Shown: piece after piece, positions 25,698 through 35,855 of the stretch
Position numbering within the stretch: position 1 is the first letter of the stretch
Layout: each line of letters opens with the position of its first letter
Translations under genes and position numbers: made by a program
NCBI GenBank assembly: GCA_038209995.1
Contig: JBBQXD010000003.1
Coordinates: 89,079-153,078, forward strand
Length of the DNA: 64,000 nucleotides
Source: Candidatus Limnocylindria bacterium
GTDB lineage: Bacteria; Chloroflexota; Limnocylindria; QHBO01
Direction: 5' to 3'
The notes under the pieces: generated by a model
The model's input: only the letters and a program-made list of their open reading frames with translations
Databases searched by the model: none
What the model was told of the DNA's origin: nothing

Positions 25698-27154
25698 CGA
25701 CCCACCACCTCCGCGCCTTCCTCGAGGTCGACCGCCCGATCGACGAGGTCTTCGCCTTCTTCGCGAAGCCCGAGAACCTTGGTCGGGTCACGCCCCCGTC
25801 CATGGGGTTCGAGCTCCGCTCGAAGGACTTCGCGATGCGGGAAGGGCTCGAGGTCGCCTACCGCGTCCGGCCGATTCTCGGCATTCCGACGCCGTGGCGG
25901 AGCCGCATCGTCGACTACGACCCCCCGCACGGCTTCGGGGACGTGCAGGTCCGTGGGCCGTACCACCGCTGGGAGCATCACCACGCGTTCATCGCCGAGG
26001 GGAGCGCGACCCACGTCATCGACGAGGTGACGTACGAGCTCCCCCTCGGCCGGCTCGGCGACCTCGCCCACGGGGTCGTCGTCCGCCGCCAGCTCGAGGA
26101 GGTCTTCCGTTACCGGGCGCACGCGATCCAGGCCATCTTCGCCACCGCCGAGCCGAATCCGAACCCGATGTCGGTCGCCATCGCGGGCGGGAGCGGCTTC
26201 GTCGGTGGGGGGATCGCCGCCGAGCTCCATCGGCGTGGGAACCGGGTCATCGTCCTCGGCCGCGGGGACCGCGGCAGCATCGGTCCATTGCCGGAAGCAG
26301 TCGAGCTGCGCCGGGTCGATGTCACCGCCGACGAGCTCGGACCGGCGCTCGAGGGGGTCGACGCGCTCGTCATCGCGCTCGCGTTCAAGAACTCGCCGAT
26401 CGAGGCCCCCCGGCGCCACCAGACCTTCATGGAGGTCGACGCGGCCGGGACCGAGCGCCTGGCGGCTGCCGCGGGCGCGGCCGGGATCCGTCATCTCGTC
26501 TACCTGTCCGGCGCCGGCGCCGCGCCAGACGCGAAGCGCCACTGGTTCCGCGCGAAGTGGCGCGCGGAGGAGGCGATCCGCGGCTCGGGTATCGGCTGGA
26601 CGATCATCCGCCCGACCTGGATCTTCGGCCCGCGCGACGTCTCCCTGAACCGCTTCGTCGGGTTCGCGCGCCAGCTCCAGATGGTGCCGATGGCGAACCT
26701 CGGGCGTCAGCCGATGGCGCCGGTCTTCGTCGACGACATCGCGCGCCTCGCCGCCGACAGCCTGACCGATCCGGCGGCAGCCGGCGCCGTCCTCGAGGTC
26801 GGCGGTCCCGCGACGTTCACGATGCGCGAGGTCATCGACCATGCGCTCCGCGTCGCCGAGCTGCGGCGGCCGATCCTCCCCGGGCCGACGCCGCTCATCA
26901 AGCTCGGCGCGCTCCCGCTCACCCTCCTTCCCAAGCCGCCGCTCACCCCCGACGCGGTGGACTTCATCAACCAGCCGGCGGTCGTCGATACGACGTCGCT
27001 CGAGGAGCGGATGCCGCGCCGCCTCACCCCGCTGGACGAAGGGCTGGCAGCCTACCTCAGCCCGGCATCGACACCGGGGCGGGTCGAGATCGACGGCGAG
27101 CGTCCCGGACGCGCCCGCGCGAAGGAAAGGGCGGCGGTCAGTCGAACGCGGTGA
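25694..27154 (+). CDS. fusion protein: N-terminal SRPBCC domain plus C-terminal NAD(P)-binding NmrA/epimerase-like domain
   Basis: First about 150 aa resemble the upstream SRPBCC gene (VDRPIDEVFAFFAKPENLGRVTPP). They are followed by a Rossmann motif VAIAGGSGFVGGGIAAEL and an extended SDR/NmrA pattern. ATGA overlap with the upstream gene. Confidence 0.6.
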   Translation: MTTHHLRAFLEVDRPIDEVFAFFAKPENLGRVTPPSMGFELRSKDFAMREGLEVAYRVRPILGIPTPWRSRIVDYDPPHGFGDVQVRGPYHRWEHHHAFIAEGSATHVIDEVTYELPLGRLGDLAHGVVVRRQLEEVFRYRAHAIQAIFATAEPNPNPMSVAIAGGSGFVGGGIAAELHRRGNRVIVLGRGDRGSIGPLPEAVELRRVDVTADELGPALEGVDALVIALAFKNSPIEAPRRHQTFMEVDAAGTERLAAAAGAAGIRHLVYLSGAGAAPDAKRHWFRAKWRAEEAIRGSGIGWTIIRPTWIFGPRDVSLNRFVGFARQLQMVPMANLGRQPMAPVFVDDIARLAADSLTDPAAAGAVLEVGGPATFTMREVIDHALRVAELRRPILPGPTPLIKLGALPLTLLPKPPLTPDAVDFINQPAVVDTTSLEERMPRRLTPLDEGLAAYLSPASTPGRVEIDGERPGRARAKERAAVSRTR

Positions 27155-27809
27155 CGTCCGCCACCTCGGCGCCCGTCGCGGCGACGAGGTCGGCCGGCGA
27201 AACCTCGGCGCGCCGCACGACGATCGTACCGACCGCGGCTCGCGGCGCCCTGGGGCGTGCGCGGCGACGGGAGCCGCCCACAATCAGGGCGGTGGCAACG
27301 ATTCCGGCCGCCACCAGAAGCAGGAGCACCCAAGGCATCGCGGGGATCACCGGCGGTGTCACGGGCTTCCCGGCTGGCGGCTTAGCCGGTGGCGACGCAA
27401 CCTGGATCGTCTGGATCGGCACCTGGCGGGCGGTCCCCGCACGATCGAGCACGTCGGCGACCACGGTCCAGCTGCCGCCGGTCGGCAGCCTGACCTCGGC
27501 GCGCCACAGGCCCGGCTGATCGGTCGTGGCCGCCGGTGCGCGGATCACGGTCGTGTCCCCGATGCGGGCGAAGGTGAGGATGACGCCGCTTGCGTCGAAC
27601 GGCTGCTCGCTCTTGGAGACCGAGATGTTCACCGATTCCACCCTGCCTGCGTGGAAGATGGTCCCGGGACCCGCGGCGTAAAGGCTGACCGCGACCTCCG
27701 AGCAGAATGCGGGCGGGTTGGGGCCCTCGCACTTGCCAAGGACGGTGCCGGCCCCCGCTGCGAGCAGCAATGCGCTGCCCACGAAGGGGATCAGGAGGCG
27801 GCGAAGCAT
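27138..27809 (-). CDS. secreted/membrane-anchored hypothetical protein
   Basis: N-terminal signal peptide (MLRRLLIPFVGSALLLAAGAG), Pro-rich linker (PPAKPPAGKPVTPPVIP) and C-terminal TM (WVLLLLVAAGIVATALIVGG) followed by an RRR anchor. Confidence 0.45.
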   Translation of the reverse strand: MLRRLLIPFVGSALLLAAGAGTVLGKCEGPNPPAFCSEVAVSLYAAGPGTIFHAGRVESVNISVSKSEQPFDASGVILTFARIGDTTVIRAPAATTDQPGLWRAEVRLPTGGSWTVVADVLDRAGTARQVPIQTIQVASPPAKPPAGKPVTPPVIPAMPWVLLLLVAAGIVATALIVGGSRRRARPRAPRAAVGTIVVRRAEVSPADLVAATGAEVADVTAFD

Positions 27810-27882
27810 GGCGGATCCTCGGTAACGGTCTGATGATCTTCATACCCCGGTCCGCCGGCCCCGGTTCCTGTCCGTCAGGTCG

Positions 27883-28608
27883 TCACGCGTCCTCGACCGC
27901 GATCCGGATGCGCTTGTTGATGCGGCCCTTGCTCTCGTAACCTGTGACGCGCACGTGGCCGATCTCGCCGGTGTGGGCGACGTGCGTGCCACCATCGGCC
28001 TGGAGGTCGAGGCCCACGATCTCGATCGTGCGCACCGTCTCGATCCCCGCTGGCAGAAGGTTGATCTTCGTGCGAATGAGGTAGGGGATCGCGAACGCCT
28101 TGTCGCGCGGCAGCATCGCGACCCGGATCTCGCGGTTTGCCGCGATCTCGTCGTTCACCCGCTCCTCGATCCCGCCGACCAGCTCACCCGACATCGTCTC
28201 GAACTCGAAGTCCATGCGCCCGCTGAGCGGCTCCATGTTGCCGCCGGTGACCTGCGCACCATGGTCGCGCCACACCACGCCGCACAGCACGTGGAGCGCC
28301 GAATGGGTTCGCATCAGTCGATGCCGTCGCTCCCAGTCGAGCTCGATGTCGACCTCGTCGCCGACCGCCGGCAGGCCCGCCTCGGCGTGCTCGAGCTCGT
28401 GCCACAGGTTCGGACCCTCCTTGTGGACCGATGTCACCGTCCAGCGGTCGCCGTCGGGGGCCATGAGCCAGGCATGGTCTCCCGGCTGCCCGCCGCCGCC
28501 GGGATAGACGACGGTGCGATCGACGAGGACCGCCGAACCATCGGTCTCGAGGATGCGCGCTCGACAGGCGCGCGCGTAGGCATCCGTGGCAGCGAGGTTC
28601 TCGGTCAT
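27883..28608 (-). CDS. AlaX-like tRNA editing protein (alanyl/threonyl-tRNA synthetase second additional domain family)
   Basis: Zinc-binding motifs HSALHVL and GGTHV(AH)TGEIG, characteristic of AlaX/ThrRS editing domains. Start at the internal Met (MTENL). Confidence 0.65.
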   Translation of the reverse strand: MTENLAATDAYARACRARILETDGSAVLVDRTVVYPGGGGQPGDHAWLMAPDGDRWTVTSVHKEGPNLWHELEHAEAGLPAVGDEVDIELDWERRHRLMRTHSALHVLCGVVWRDHGAQVTGGNMEPLSGRMDFEFETMSGELVGGIEERVNDEIAANREIRVAMLPRDKAFAIPYLIRTKINLLPAGIETVRTIEIVGLDLQADGGTHVAHTGEIGHVRVTGYESKGRINKRIRIAVEDA

Positions 28609-28724
28609 CGGCCGATGATAGGCGCGCACCGTGCCGGGTTTTGAAGTTCCGGGCCGCGGATTGCCCCATATCGTATGGATGCATCGGTCTGAACCGATGC
28701 CGATGTGCATTCGGCGGCGCTGGA

Positions 28725-29315
28725 CTACGCGTCGGTGACCGCGCCATCCCAGAACAGGTCGACGTTCGTGCGCAGCTCGGCGCGCAGCTGGGCGAGTGGG
28801 AAATCCCCGCCGGCGCGCAGCAGCGTCCCGCTCGTCAGATCGACGAGCTGGCGGACGTGGCTGGCCACCCGACGCGGGTGGCGCAGGCGGCCGTTGGCCG
28901 TCAGCTCGCTCAGCACCGCGCGGATGAGCGTGGCGTAGCGCATCCGCATGAGCGCGTGACGCCGGCGCGCCGGCTCGGGATGGAGCATCTCCCGCGCAAC
29001 GGCCGCGATGAGCTCCGGCTGGCGCGTGGCGGTCAGCGCGATCGCATCGGCCAGGTCATAGAGCGCCTGGCGCGGGGTTCGGCGCTGATGCTGCGCGCGG
29101 AGCGCCGCGATGTCGGTGACGACGTCGGCCCCGATCTCGACGAGGATCGCCTCCTTGTAGGCGAAGTGGTTGAACACGCTCGTCCGGCTCACGCCGGCGC
29201 CGCGCGCGATCTCGTCCATCGTCGTGGTGTCGAGCCCCTGATCGCCGAACAGCCGCGTCGCGACGGCGACGATCCGCTGCCGCGTCTCCGCCCGCTTCCG
29301 CTCCCGCGCACCCAT
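28725..29315 (-). CDS. TetR family transcriptional regulator
   Basis: N-terminal HTH (RKRAETRQRIVAVATRLFGDQGLDTTTMDEIARGAGVSRTSVFNHF). Start at the internal Met (MGARER). Confidence 0.75.
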   Translation of the reverse strand: MGARERKRAETRQRIVAVATRLFGDQGLDTTTMDEIARGAGVSRTSVFNHFAYKEAILVEIGADVVTDIAALRAQHQRRTPRQALYDLADAIALTATRQPELIAAVAREMLHPEPARRRHALMRMRYATLIRAVLSELTANGRLRHPRRVASHVRQLVDLTSGTLLRAGGDFPLAQLRAELRTNVDLFWDGAVTDA

Positions 29316-29622
29316 CGCACGGACCGTACACCGCGGCGGCCACGCGTACTGCGCGGCACGTGCGCGCGGCCGCACGACCCTCGGCGAGCGTGCGCGGCGG
29401 TGCACCCAACTGAGAAGTTGAGGCCGAAATGACGGTGCCGTTCGTCCTTTCGTGCACCTTGGCGCACGAATGCACGCTCCCTATCCGCTTGCCTTGCAGA
29501 TGCGTGCGCCCCGCCGCACACCACACCGATCCCGTGCGCCCGACCGCACCCTTCGCACGGACGGCACACGCCGCCACCGCGGCGAAGGACCGCCGCCCGT
29601 CGGCTCGGCTACCATCGGCCGC

Positions 29623-31305
29623 ATGTTGTTGCAGCCTCTCGTCGATGATCTTCTCGCCGGCTGGTTCCGGCACGACCCTGTCCTGGCCACCGAGCTCGGG
29701 AACCACGATCACGACGGATCGTGGCCGGACCTGACGCCGGCGGGGCACGAGGCGCGGGTCGGGTTCCTGCGCGACGCCGAAGCGCGGTTCGCGGCCCTCG
29801 ATGCCGCGGACCTCACCCGCGATGAGCAGATCGACCGCAGGATCGTGCTCGACAGCATCGCCTCCGCCCGCTTCTCCGACGAGGTGCTGCGAGAGCCGAC
29901 CTGGAGCCCGATCAGCTACGTCTACCTCTTCGGCGGCGGCCTGTTCAGCCTCCTGTCACGCGAGTTCGCGCCGCTCGAGACCCGGCTCGCGAGCGCCGCC
30001 TCGCGGCTCCGAGCGCTCCCGGCGGCCCTCGATGCCGCCCGGGCGACGCTGGCGGCTGGGGGCCCGCGGCCAGTGAGCGCCTTCCACACCGAGAAGGCGA
30101 TCGCGACGATCGGTGGGGTCGCGGACCTGGCGCGCGCCGCCGCCGCTGAGGGGGAGCGTGTGAACGACGATGGGCTGCGGACGGAGCTGCACGAGACGGC
30201 CGAGGCCGCGGCCCGCGCCGTGGAGGCGTTCCGCGACTGGCTGCGCGACGAGCTCGCGCCCCGGGCCACCGGCGACTTCCGGCTCGGCGCAGACCTGTAT
30301 CGGCAGAAGTTCCGGCACGCGCTGAAGACCGAGGTCAGCGTCGAGGATCTCGAACAGCGCGCCACCGCGGCGTTCGCGCATGTTCGCGGCGAGATGGTGC
30401 GCCTCGCCCGTCAGCTCTGGCCGGACTGGATGCATGACGCACCGATGCCGGCCGACGAGACCGAGCTCGTGCGCCGCGTGCTCGACGCGATCAGCGCCGA
30501 CCACCCGCTCGCCGGCGAGCTGCTCGACTTCTGCCGCGCCGAGCACGCGCGGATCGAGGCCTTCATCCGCGAGCGCGACCTCATCGGCCTGCCAGACGAG
30601 CCGATGCAGATCATCTGGACCCCGCCGTTCCTGCGCGCCTTCGGCGGCGCGATGCTCATCCCGCCGGGGCCGCTCGACTTCGGGCTCGACAGCTTCTTCG
30701 CCATCACGCCGCCGCCGGACGACTGGACCGATGCGCAGGTCGAGTCGATGCTCCGCGAGGACAACGCGCGCCAGCTGCGGCTGCTGACGATCCACGAGGC
30801 GATGCCGGGGCATTACCTGCAGCTGGCCTATTCGAACCGCAGCGCATCCCTGGTCCGCGCGATCTTCCAGTCCGGTGTGTTTGCGGAGGGCTGGGCGGTC
30901 TACGTCACGCAGGTGATGATGGACGTCGGCTACGGGGCCGACGACCCGGCGCTCATGCTCGTCCATTGGAAGTTCTACCTGCGCGCGATCACGAACACGA
31001 TGATGGACATCGGCCTCCACGCCGGCGCCATGGACGAGGCCAACGCGATGCGGCTCATGGTCGACGGTGGCTGGCAGGAGGCGTCCGAGGCGAGCGAGAA
31101 GTGGTCACGGGCGCGCCTGTCGAGCACGCAGCTCTGCGAGTACTTCCTCGGCAGCGTCGAGATGCACGACCTGGAGGCCGAGGCGCGGCGTCGTGCCGAG
31201 GCCGACGGTCGCGAGTTCGTCTACCGCCCCTTCCTCGAGACGGTCATCGGCCACGGCACGCCGTCAATGCCGGTCATCCGCGAGATCCTCTTCGGCGCCG
31301 GCTAG
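29623..31305 (+). CDS. DUF885 family protein (second paralogue)
   Basis: HEAMPGHYLQLAY and FAEGWAVYVTQVMM are collinear with the 22740 paralogue. Start at Met58 of the track ORF (MLLQPLVDD). Confidence 0.65.
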   Translation: MLLQPLVDDLLAGWFRHDPVLATELGNHDHDGSWPDLTPAGHEARVGFLRDAEARFAALDAADLTRDEQIDRRIVLDSIASARFSDEVLREPTWSPISYVYLFGGGLFSLLSREFAPLETRLASAASRLRALPAALDAARATLAAGGPRPVSAFHTEKAIATIGGVADLARAAAAEGERVNDDGLRTELHETAEAAARAVEAFRDWLRDELAPRATGDFRLGADLYRQKFRHALKTEVSVEDLEQRATAAFAHVRGEMVRLARQLWPDWMHDAPMPADETELVRRVLDAISADHPLAGELLDFCRAEHARIEAFIRERDLIGLPDEPMQIIWTPPFLRAFGGAMLIPPGPLDFGLDSFFAITPPPDDWTDAQVESMLREDNARQLRLLTIHEAMPGHYLQLAYSNRSASLVRAIFQSGVFAEGWAVYVTQVMMDVGYGADDPALMLVHWKFYLRAITNTMMDIGLHAGAMDEANAMRLMVDGGWQEASEASEKWSRARLSSTQLCEYFLGSVEMHDLEAEARRRAEADGREFVYRPFLETVIGHGTPSMPVIREILFGAG

Positions 31306-31410
31306 GGCCGACTGAGCGCCGCTGGTCGCCGGTCACGCTCCGCATGTATCGACAGATCGTCAATTCATCGACCGAGCCCGGGCTGCGGCGCCGAATGGTC
31401 GATCAATCGG

Positions 31411-32616
31411 TCAGTTGGCAGGAGCCCGGGTCATGCTGGGGAGCGGCGCCGCAAGCCTCGCGCCCGGCCCCAGCGCGAGCTCCAGCAACGACGGCTGACC
31501 GCCGACGCGCGCCACGAGGATGCTCGCCAGGTCGACCTGTGAGCGGTTGGCGATGATCGCGACGCTCGTTCGCTGCCGCGGGAAGTAGAGGAGTAGCGTC
31601 GTCGTCGTCTTGAGCAGGCCGGAATGCCCGACCGCGGTTTCGGCGCCGAACACGAAGCGGCGCGTCCCCAGGCCGTAGTCGTCGCTGTTGAACGTCGTCA
31701 TCGCGCGGCGGTCGGCGGGGGTGACGACCTGCCCACCATAGAGGGCCGATCCCCAGCGGGCGAGGTCGGAGGCGGTCGACTGCATGGCACCGGCGGTCCA
31801 GAACGCGGTCGCCCAGGACGGGTCGAGCATCGCCGGGTCGGCCCGCATGCCGGCGAGCAGCCACGTCTGTGCCAGGTGGAGCGGACCCGTGATGCGCCGT
31901 GCCAGTGCCGTCTCGGCCGGCTCACCGGTCACCTTCTCCAGGAGCATGCCGGCGATGACGAAGTTCGTGTTCGAGTAGCCCCAGTCCGTGCCGGGCGCGA
32001 ACCACGCCCCGCCCAGCCGCCCGAGCACCTCGGTGCGCGTGAAGACGTGCTGCGGCTCGTCGAGCAGCTGCTGGTGCAGCGGCGGGTAGAGATCGGCGAT
32101 GCCGCTGGTGTGGGCGAGCAGCTCGCGGATCGTGACGCCGGTGGCCACCTTCAGATCCGGCAGCCAGGCCGTCACCTCGTCGTCGAGCGACAGCCTGCGC
32201 GCATCAGCGAGCTGGAGGATGGCGGCGGTGATGAATGTCTTCGACACGCTGCCGATCACGAAGGGCGCGTCCGCACGCAGGCGCGTCCTCCCGTCCCGGG
32301 CGACGCCGCTGGCGCCGTTCCAGCCGGCACCATCGTGCTGGACCGAGAAGGTCAGCCCGTACGAGCCGGCAACGCTTCGTGCGCGATCGAGTGCCGCCCG
32401 CAGGGACTGCTGGTCGGCCGTCGAGAGAAGGATCGGAACGGGTGTGGGGGCGGCACGGTGCGGGAGGCGCCAGTGCGGCGGCATGGGATCGGCGCCGTCC
32501 CAGCGCGGCGGGGCCGACCCGGGATCGACGCCCGGCGCAGCGCCTACCAGCAGGGAGATCGCAACGAACCCCCCGAGTGGCAGCCGGAACCAGCGTGAGC
32601 GCGCGGCACGGGACAT
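31411..32616 (-). CDS. serine hydrolase, beta-lactamase/transpeptidase-like (class C / DD-peptidase family), secreted
   Basis: SxxK motif SVSK, YSN-like YSNTNF and HSG (AVGHSGLL). N-terminal signal/TM (FRLPLGGFVAISLLVGAAPG). Confidence 0.7.
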   Translation of the reverse strand: MSRAARSRWFRLPLGGFVAISLLVGAAPGVDPGSAPPRWDGADPMPPHWRLPHRAAPTPVPILLSTADQQSLRAALDRARSVAGSYGLTFSVQHDGAGWNGASGVARDGRTRLRADAPFVIGSVSKTFITAAILQLADARRLSLDDEVTAWLPDLKVATGVTIRELLAHTSGIADLYPPLHQQLLDEPQHVFTRTEVLGRLGGAWFAPGTDWGYSNTNFVIAGMLLEKVTGEPAETALARRITGPLHLAQTWLLAGMRADPAMLDPSWATAFWTAGAMQSTASDLARWGSALYGGQVVTPADRRAMTTFNSDDYGLGTRRFVFGAETAVGHSGLLKTTTTLLLYFPRQRTSVAIIANRSQVDLASILVARVGGQPSLLELALGPGARLAAPLPSMTRAPAN

Positions 32617-32838
32617 CGGGACGAGGCTGATTCTCGCCGACGGCGGTCCGGGTCGGCAAGCCCGAGGGCTTGGCAAAGCTAGTCAGAGTTGTTAGCATTG
32701 CTAAGGATGACCCTCGCCACCCTGCCCCGCCGCCTGTTTGCCGCTGTCCGCCCGCCCCTGCGCGTCATGGGGCACCAGGACGAGAGTGCCCCGCTGCGGG
32801 CCGCGCCGGGTGGGGGATTCCGTCGTGGCTTCGCCGCG

Positions 32839-34110
32839 ATGGAGCATCGCAACTTCCGGCTCTACTTCATCGGGCAGGTGGTGAGCCTGGTCGGCACCTG
32901 GATGCAGTCGGTCAGCCTGCCGTGGCTCGTCCTGCTGCTCGGTGGCTCACCGCTCGCGCTCGGGACGGTGCTCGCGCTTCAGTTCGCGCCGGCCACGGTG
33001 CTCGCTCCGCTCGGCGGCGTGCTGGCCGACCGCATCGACAAGCGCAAGGTGCTCATCGCGACCCAGATCGGGGCGATGATCGAGGCGGGGATCCTCTTCA
33101 CGCTCACCTTCAACCATACGATCACGATCCCGCTCATCATGGCCCTCGCGGTGTTCCGCGGCCTGATCAGCGCGGTCGACATGCCGGTTCGCCAGGCCTT
33201 CGCGGCGGAGCTCGTGCCCGCGAAGGACCTCGTCAATGCCATCGCCCTCAACTCCGCGTCGTTCAACGCCGCGCGCGTCGTGGGCCCGGCGGTCGCCGGC
33301 GTGACGCTCGCGCTCTGGGGGCCGGCTTTCAACTTCGGGCTCAACGCGGTGAGCTTTCTGGCCGTCCTCGTCGGGCTGTGGATGATCGTGCCGTCGGCGC
33401 TCCATCGCGTGGTCCGCCCGGAGCAGTTCGCATCGGTCCGATCGAGCCTCGGGGAAGGGGTGCGCTACGCCGTCCGGACGCCGACCGTGCTGTGGCCGCT
33501 CGTCCTGCTCGGCGGGACGGCGACGTTCGCCATGAACTTCCAGACGCTGCTGCCCCTGTATGCCAGGAACACGCTCGGCCTGGGTGCCGATGGTTACGGC
33601 GCGCTCTTCGCCGCCATGGGCGTCGGCTCGCTCGCCGGCTCGCTCACGCTGGCCTTCATGGGCTCGCGGCGTCCGATGCTGCGGCTCATCCTGCTGGGCG
33701 GCGGCGCGTTTCTCCTGCTCGAGGTCGCGTTCGGCCTCATTCGCACGCCGGCCGGAGCCTTCGCGGTGATCCTGCTGCTCGGCTTCGCCTCGATGCTCAT
33801 GGTGAACACGATCAACGTCACCATCCAGAACACGGTGAGCAACGAGCTGCGCGGCCGCGTGATGAGCCTCTACGTCATGGTGTTCGCGGGCAGCGCACCG
33901 ATCGGCGGCTTCTTCGCGGGCGCGGTGGCCGAGCTGTGGGGGGCACCCGCCGGCTTCGTGCTAGGCGCCGTCCTGTCGAGCGCCTTCCTCGTGCTCGTGG
34001 CGTGGCAGCTCGGCGTCCGCGCGCCGTCGATCGGCCACCGGGCCGGCCCGCGCCCCGTGACGGCGCGTGCCGAGGACGACGAGCCACCGGCTGCCGCCGC
34101 GGGCGCGTGA
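32839..34110 (+). CDS. MFS transporter
   Basis: 12 predicted TM helices. MFS signature GGVLADRIDKRKVL between TM2 and TM3. Start at Met51 of the track ORF (MEHRNFRLY). Confidence 0.7.
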   Translation: MEHRNFRLYFIGQVVSLVGTWMQSVSLPWLVLLLGGSPLALGTVLALQFAPATVLAPLGGVLADRIDKRKVLIATQIGAMIEAGILFTLTFNHTITIPLIMALAVFRGLISAVDMPVRQAFAAELVPAKDLVNAIALNSASFNAARVVGPAVAGVTLALWGPAFNFGLNAVSFLAVLVGLWMIVPSALHRVVRPEQFASVRSSLGEGVRYAVRTPTVLWPLVLLGGTATFAMNFQTLLPLYARNTLGLGADGYGALFAAMGVGSLAGSLTLAFMGSRRPMLRLILLGGGAFLLLEVAFGLIRTPAGAFAVILLLGFASMLMVNTINVTIQNTVSNELRGRVMSLYVMVFAGSAPIGGFFAGAVAELWGAPAGFVLGAVLSSAFLVLVAWQLGVRAPSIGHRAGPRPVTARAEDDEPPAAAAGA

Positions 34111-34126
34111 GACGCCCGCCGGATCG

Positions 34127-34609
34127 CTAACGCCGGGGGGGGCGGACCGCCGCGGCGCGGCTCGGGAGCAGCACCTGCAGCTCGTTGAGCGCGATGTCGA
34201 GCGCCGCCCGTCGCTCGTCGGGAAGGGGGGCGAGCAGGTCCGACGCGGCCGCCAGCAGGTCGCGACGCATGGCGCCGACCTTCCGGCGGCCCTTCAGGGT
34301 GAGCGACAGACGGACCGTGCGCCTGTCGTCCGGGTCGGTGCCGCGCATGACGTACCCGGTGTCGACCAGCGCGGCCGCGAGGCGGGTCACCACCGGCGCC
34401 GAGACGAGCAGGCGACGCGCGATCTCGGCCTGCGGCATCGGCTCCTCGCCGTCGATGATGCGCAGCACGTTGTACTGCTGGTACGTGAGCGACTTCCAGG
34501 CCGGGCGCCGACGGGCGTGCGACAGGAGGTGACGGAAGACAGGGGCGATCGTGGCCACGAGGCGCGCCTCGAGGTCGTCCGCGCGCGTGCCCGGGTGAGT
34601 GGCCGACAT
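34127..34609 (-). CDS. MarR family transcriptional regulator
   Basis: Winged-helix region (LTYQQYNVLRIIDGEEPMPQAEIARRLLVSAPVVTRLAAALVDTGYVMRGTDPDDRRTVRLSLT). Divergent from the MFS gene. Confidence 0.7.
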   Translation of the reverse strand: MSATHPGTRADDLEARLVATIAPVFRHLLSHARRRPAWKSLTYQQYNVLRIIDGEEPMPQAEIARRLLVSAPVVTRLAAALVDTGYVMRGTDPDDRRTVRLSLTLKGRRKVGAMRRDLLAAASDLLAPLPDERRAALDIALNELQVLLPSRAAAVRPPRR

Positions 34610-35855
34610 CGTGGCTGATCGTACTCCGCACCGCAGCGTGCCGCGCCCGCTCCTCGCGCTCGTCCTGCTCGCCTCCGGGCATGCCGTCATCCACGCGCTG
34701 TCGGCGCTCATGCCGCTCGTCTACCCGATCGTGGTGGCGGAGTTCCACCTCAACGCCGCGGACATCGGGACGTTCATCGCGATCACCACCGCGGTCGGCG
34801 GGCTGATGCAGGTGGCCTATGGCTTCATGACCCGCTACGTGGCGCGTCCGCTGCTCCTCGCCGGCGGGCAGCTGCTCTTCGGCCTGAGCCTCCTCTTCGC
34901 GGGCGGCTCCACCTCGATCGGGCAGCTGCTGGCCGGGATCAGCGCCTCGCGCATCGGCGCCAGCCCGCAGCACCCGGTCGGCAACGCGTTCCTCTCCGAC
35001 GCCTTCCCGCCGCAACGACGCGGGTTCGCGATCAGCGCCCACATCGCCGGCGGCAACCTCGGCACCATCCTCGTGCCCCTGCTGGCGGGAAGCGGCCTGC
35101 TCGGCGCCGGGCTGCTCGCCACGATCGGCTGGCAGCGCACGATCGGCCTCGTCGGGGTGCCGGCGCTCGTCATCGGCATCCTCATCGGCCTCCTGGTTCA
35201 CGAGGATCACCGGTCGTATCGCGAGGCGGCGCGCTCGAGCGGATCGGTCCGCGACCAGCTGCGGACCGTGCTCGGACGCCGCGACCTGCGCTTCATCCTG
35301 CTCGCCTCGCTCGTGGCGGCCGGAGGGCGCGGGCTCGACATCGTGGCGCCCTTCATGCTCCTCTACCTGACCGGCCCGCTCCACATCGCGAGCGGGACGA
35401 CGAGCCTCCTCTACCTCATCCTGCTCATCGGCTCGGTCGTCGGCCCCCTGCTCGCCGGCTGGCTCTCCGACCGATTCGGGCGCCAGCGCGTCCTGGTCGC
35501 CTACTACCTCGTGAGCGCAGCGGGGATCCTCGCCCTCCTTGCCGCCGGCACGAACCTCGTGCTGCTCATCCCCCTGCTCGTCCCGTTCGGGACCGCGGTC
35601 TTCAGCGAATCGCCGGTCCTGCAGGCCTATCTCGCCGACCGGGCGGATGGACCGATCCGCGACGTCGCCTTCAGCGTCTACTTCACCGCCGCATTCGGCA
35701 TCGGCGCCGCGTGGGCATTCGTCATCGGCCAGATCGTCGCGCGCTGGGGCTACCCGCCGGCGTTCATGGTCATGGCCGCCTCGTATGTCGTCGCCGCGCT
35801 CCTCGTGCGGGCGGTGCCACGCATGGTGGTCGCCGGGGCGGGCAGGAGCGGCTAG
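34599..35855 (+). CDS. MFS transporter
   Basis: 12 TM helices. Divergently paired with the MarR gene. The predicted start overlaps the MarR start by 11 nt, so the true start may be slightly downstream. Confidence 0.6.
   Translation: MADIVADRTPHRSVPRPLLALVLLASGHAVIHALSALMPLVYPIVVAEFHLNAADIGTFIAITTAVGGLMQVAYGFMTRYVARPLLLAGGQLLFGLSLLFAGGSTSIGQLLAGISASRIGASPQHPVGNAFLSDAFPPQRRGFAISAHIAGGNLGTILVPLLAGSGLLGAGLLATIGWQRTIGLVGVPALVIGILIGLLVHEDHRSYREAARSSGSVRDQLRTVLGRRDLRFILLASLVAAGGRGLDIVAPFMLLYLTGPLHIASGTTSLLYLILLIGSVVGPLLAGWLSDRFGRQRVLVAYYLVSAAGILALLAAGTNLVLLIPLLVPFGTAVFSESPVLQAYLADRADGPIRDVAFSVYFTAAFGIGAAWAFVIGQIVARWGYPPAFMVMAASYVVAALLVRAVPRMVVAGAGRSG

Noticed and set aside
29316-29622. Imperfect palindrome TCGTGCACC-TTGG-CGCACGA in the TetR/DUF885 divergent region as a TetR operator
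   Set aside because: It has one mismatch and the region is generally GC- and palindrome-rich. This is not distinctive enough to call without comparative data.
33870-35384. 504-aa minus-strand ORF spanning the MFS, MarR and MFS region
   Set aside because: It crosses three independently supported genes on both strands and has a low-complexity R/A/G/P composition. It is a shadow ORF.
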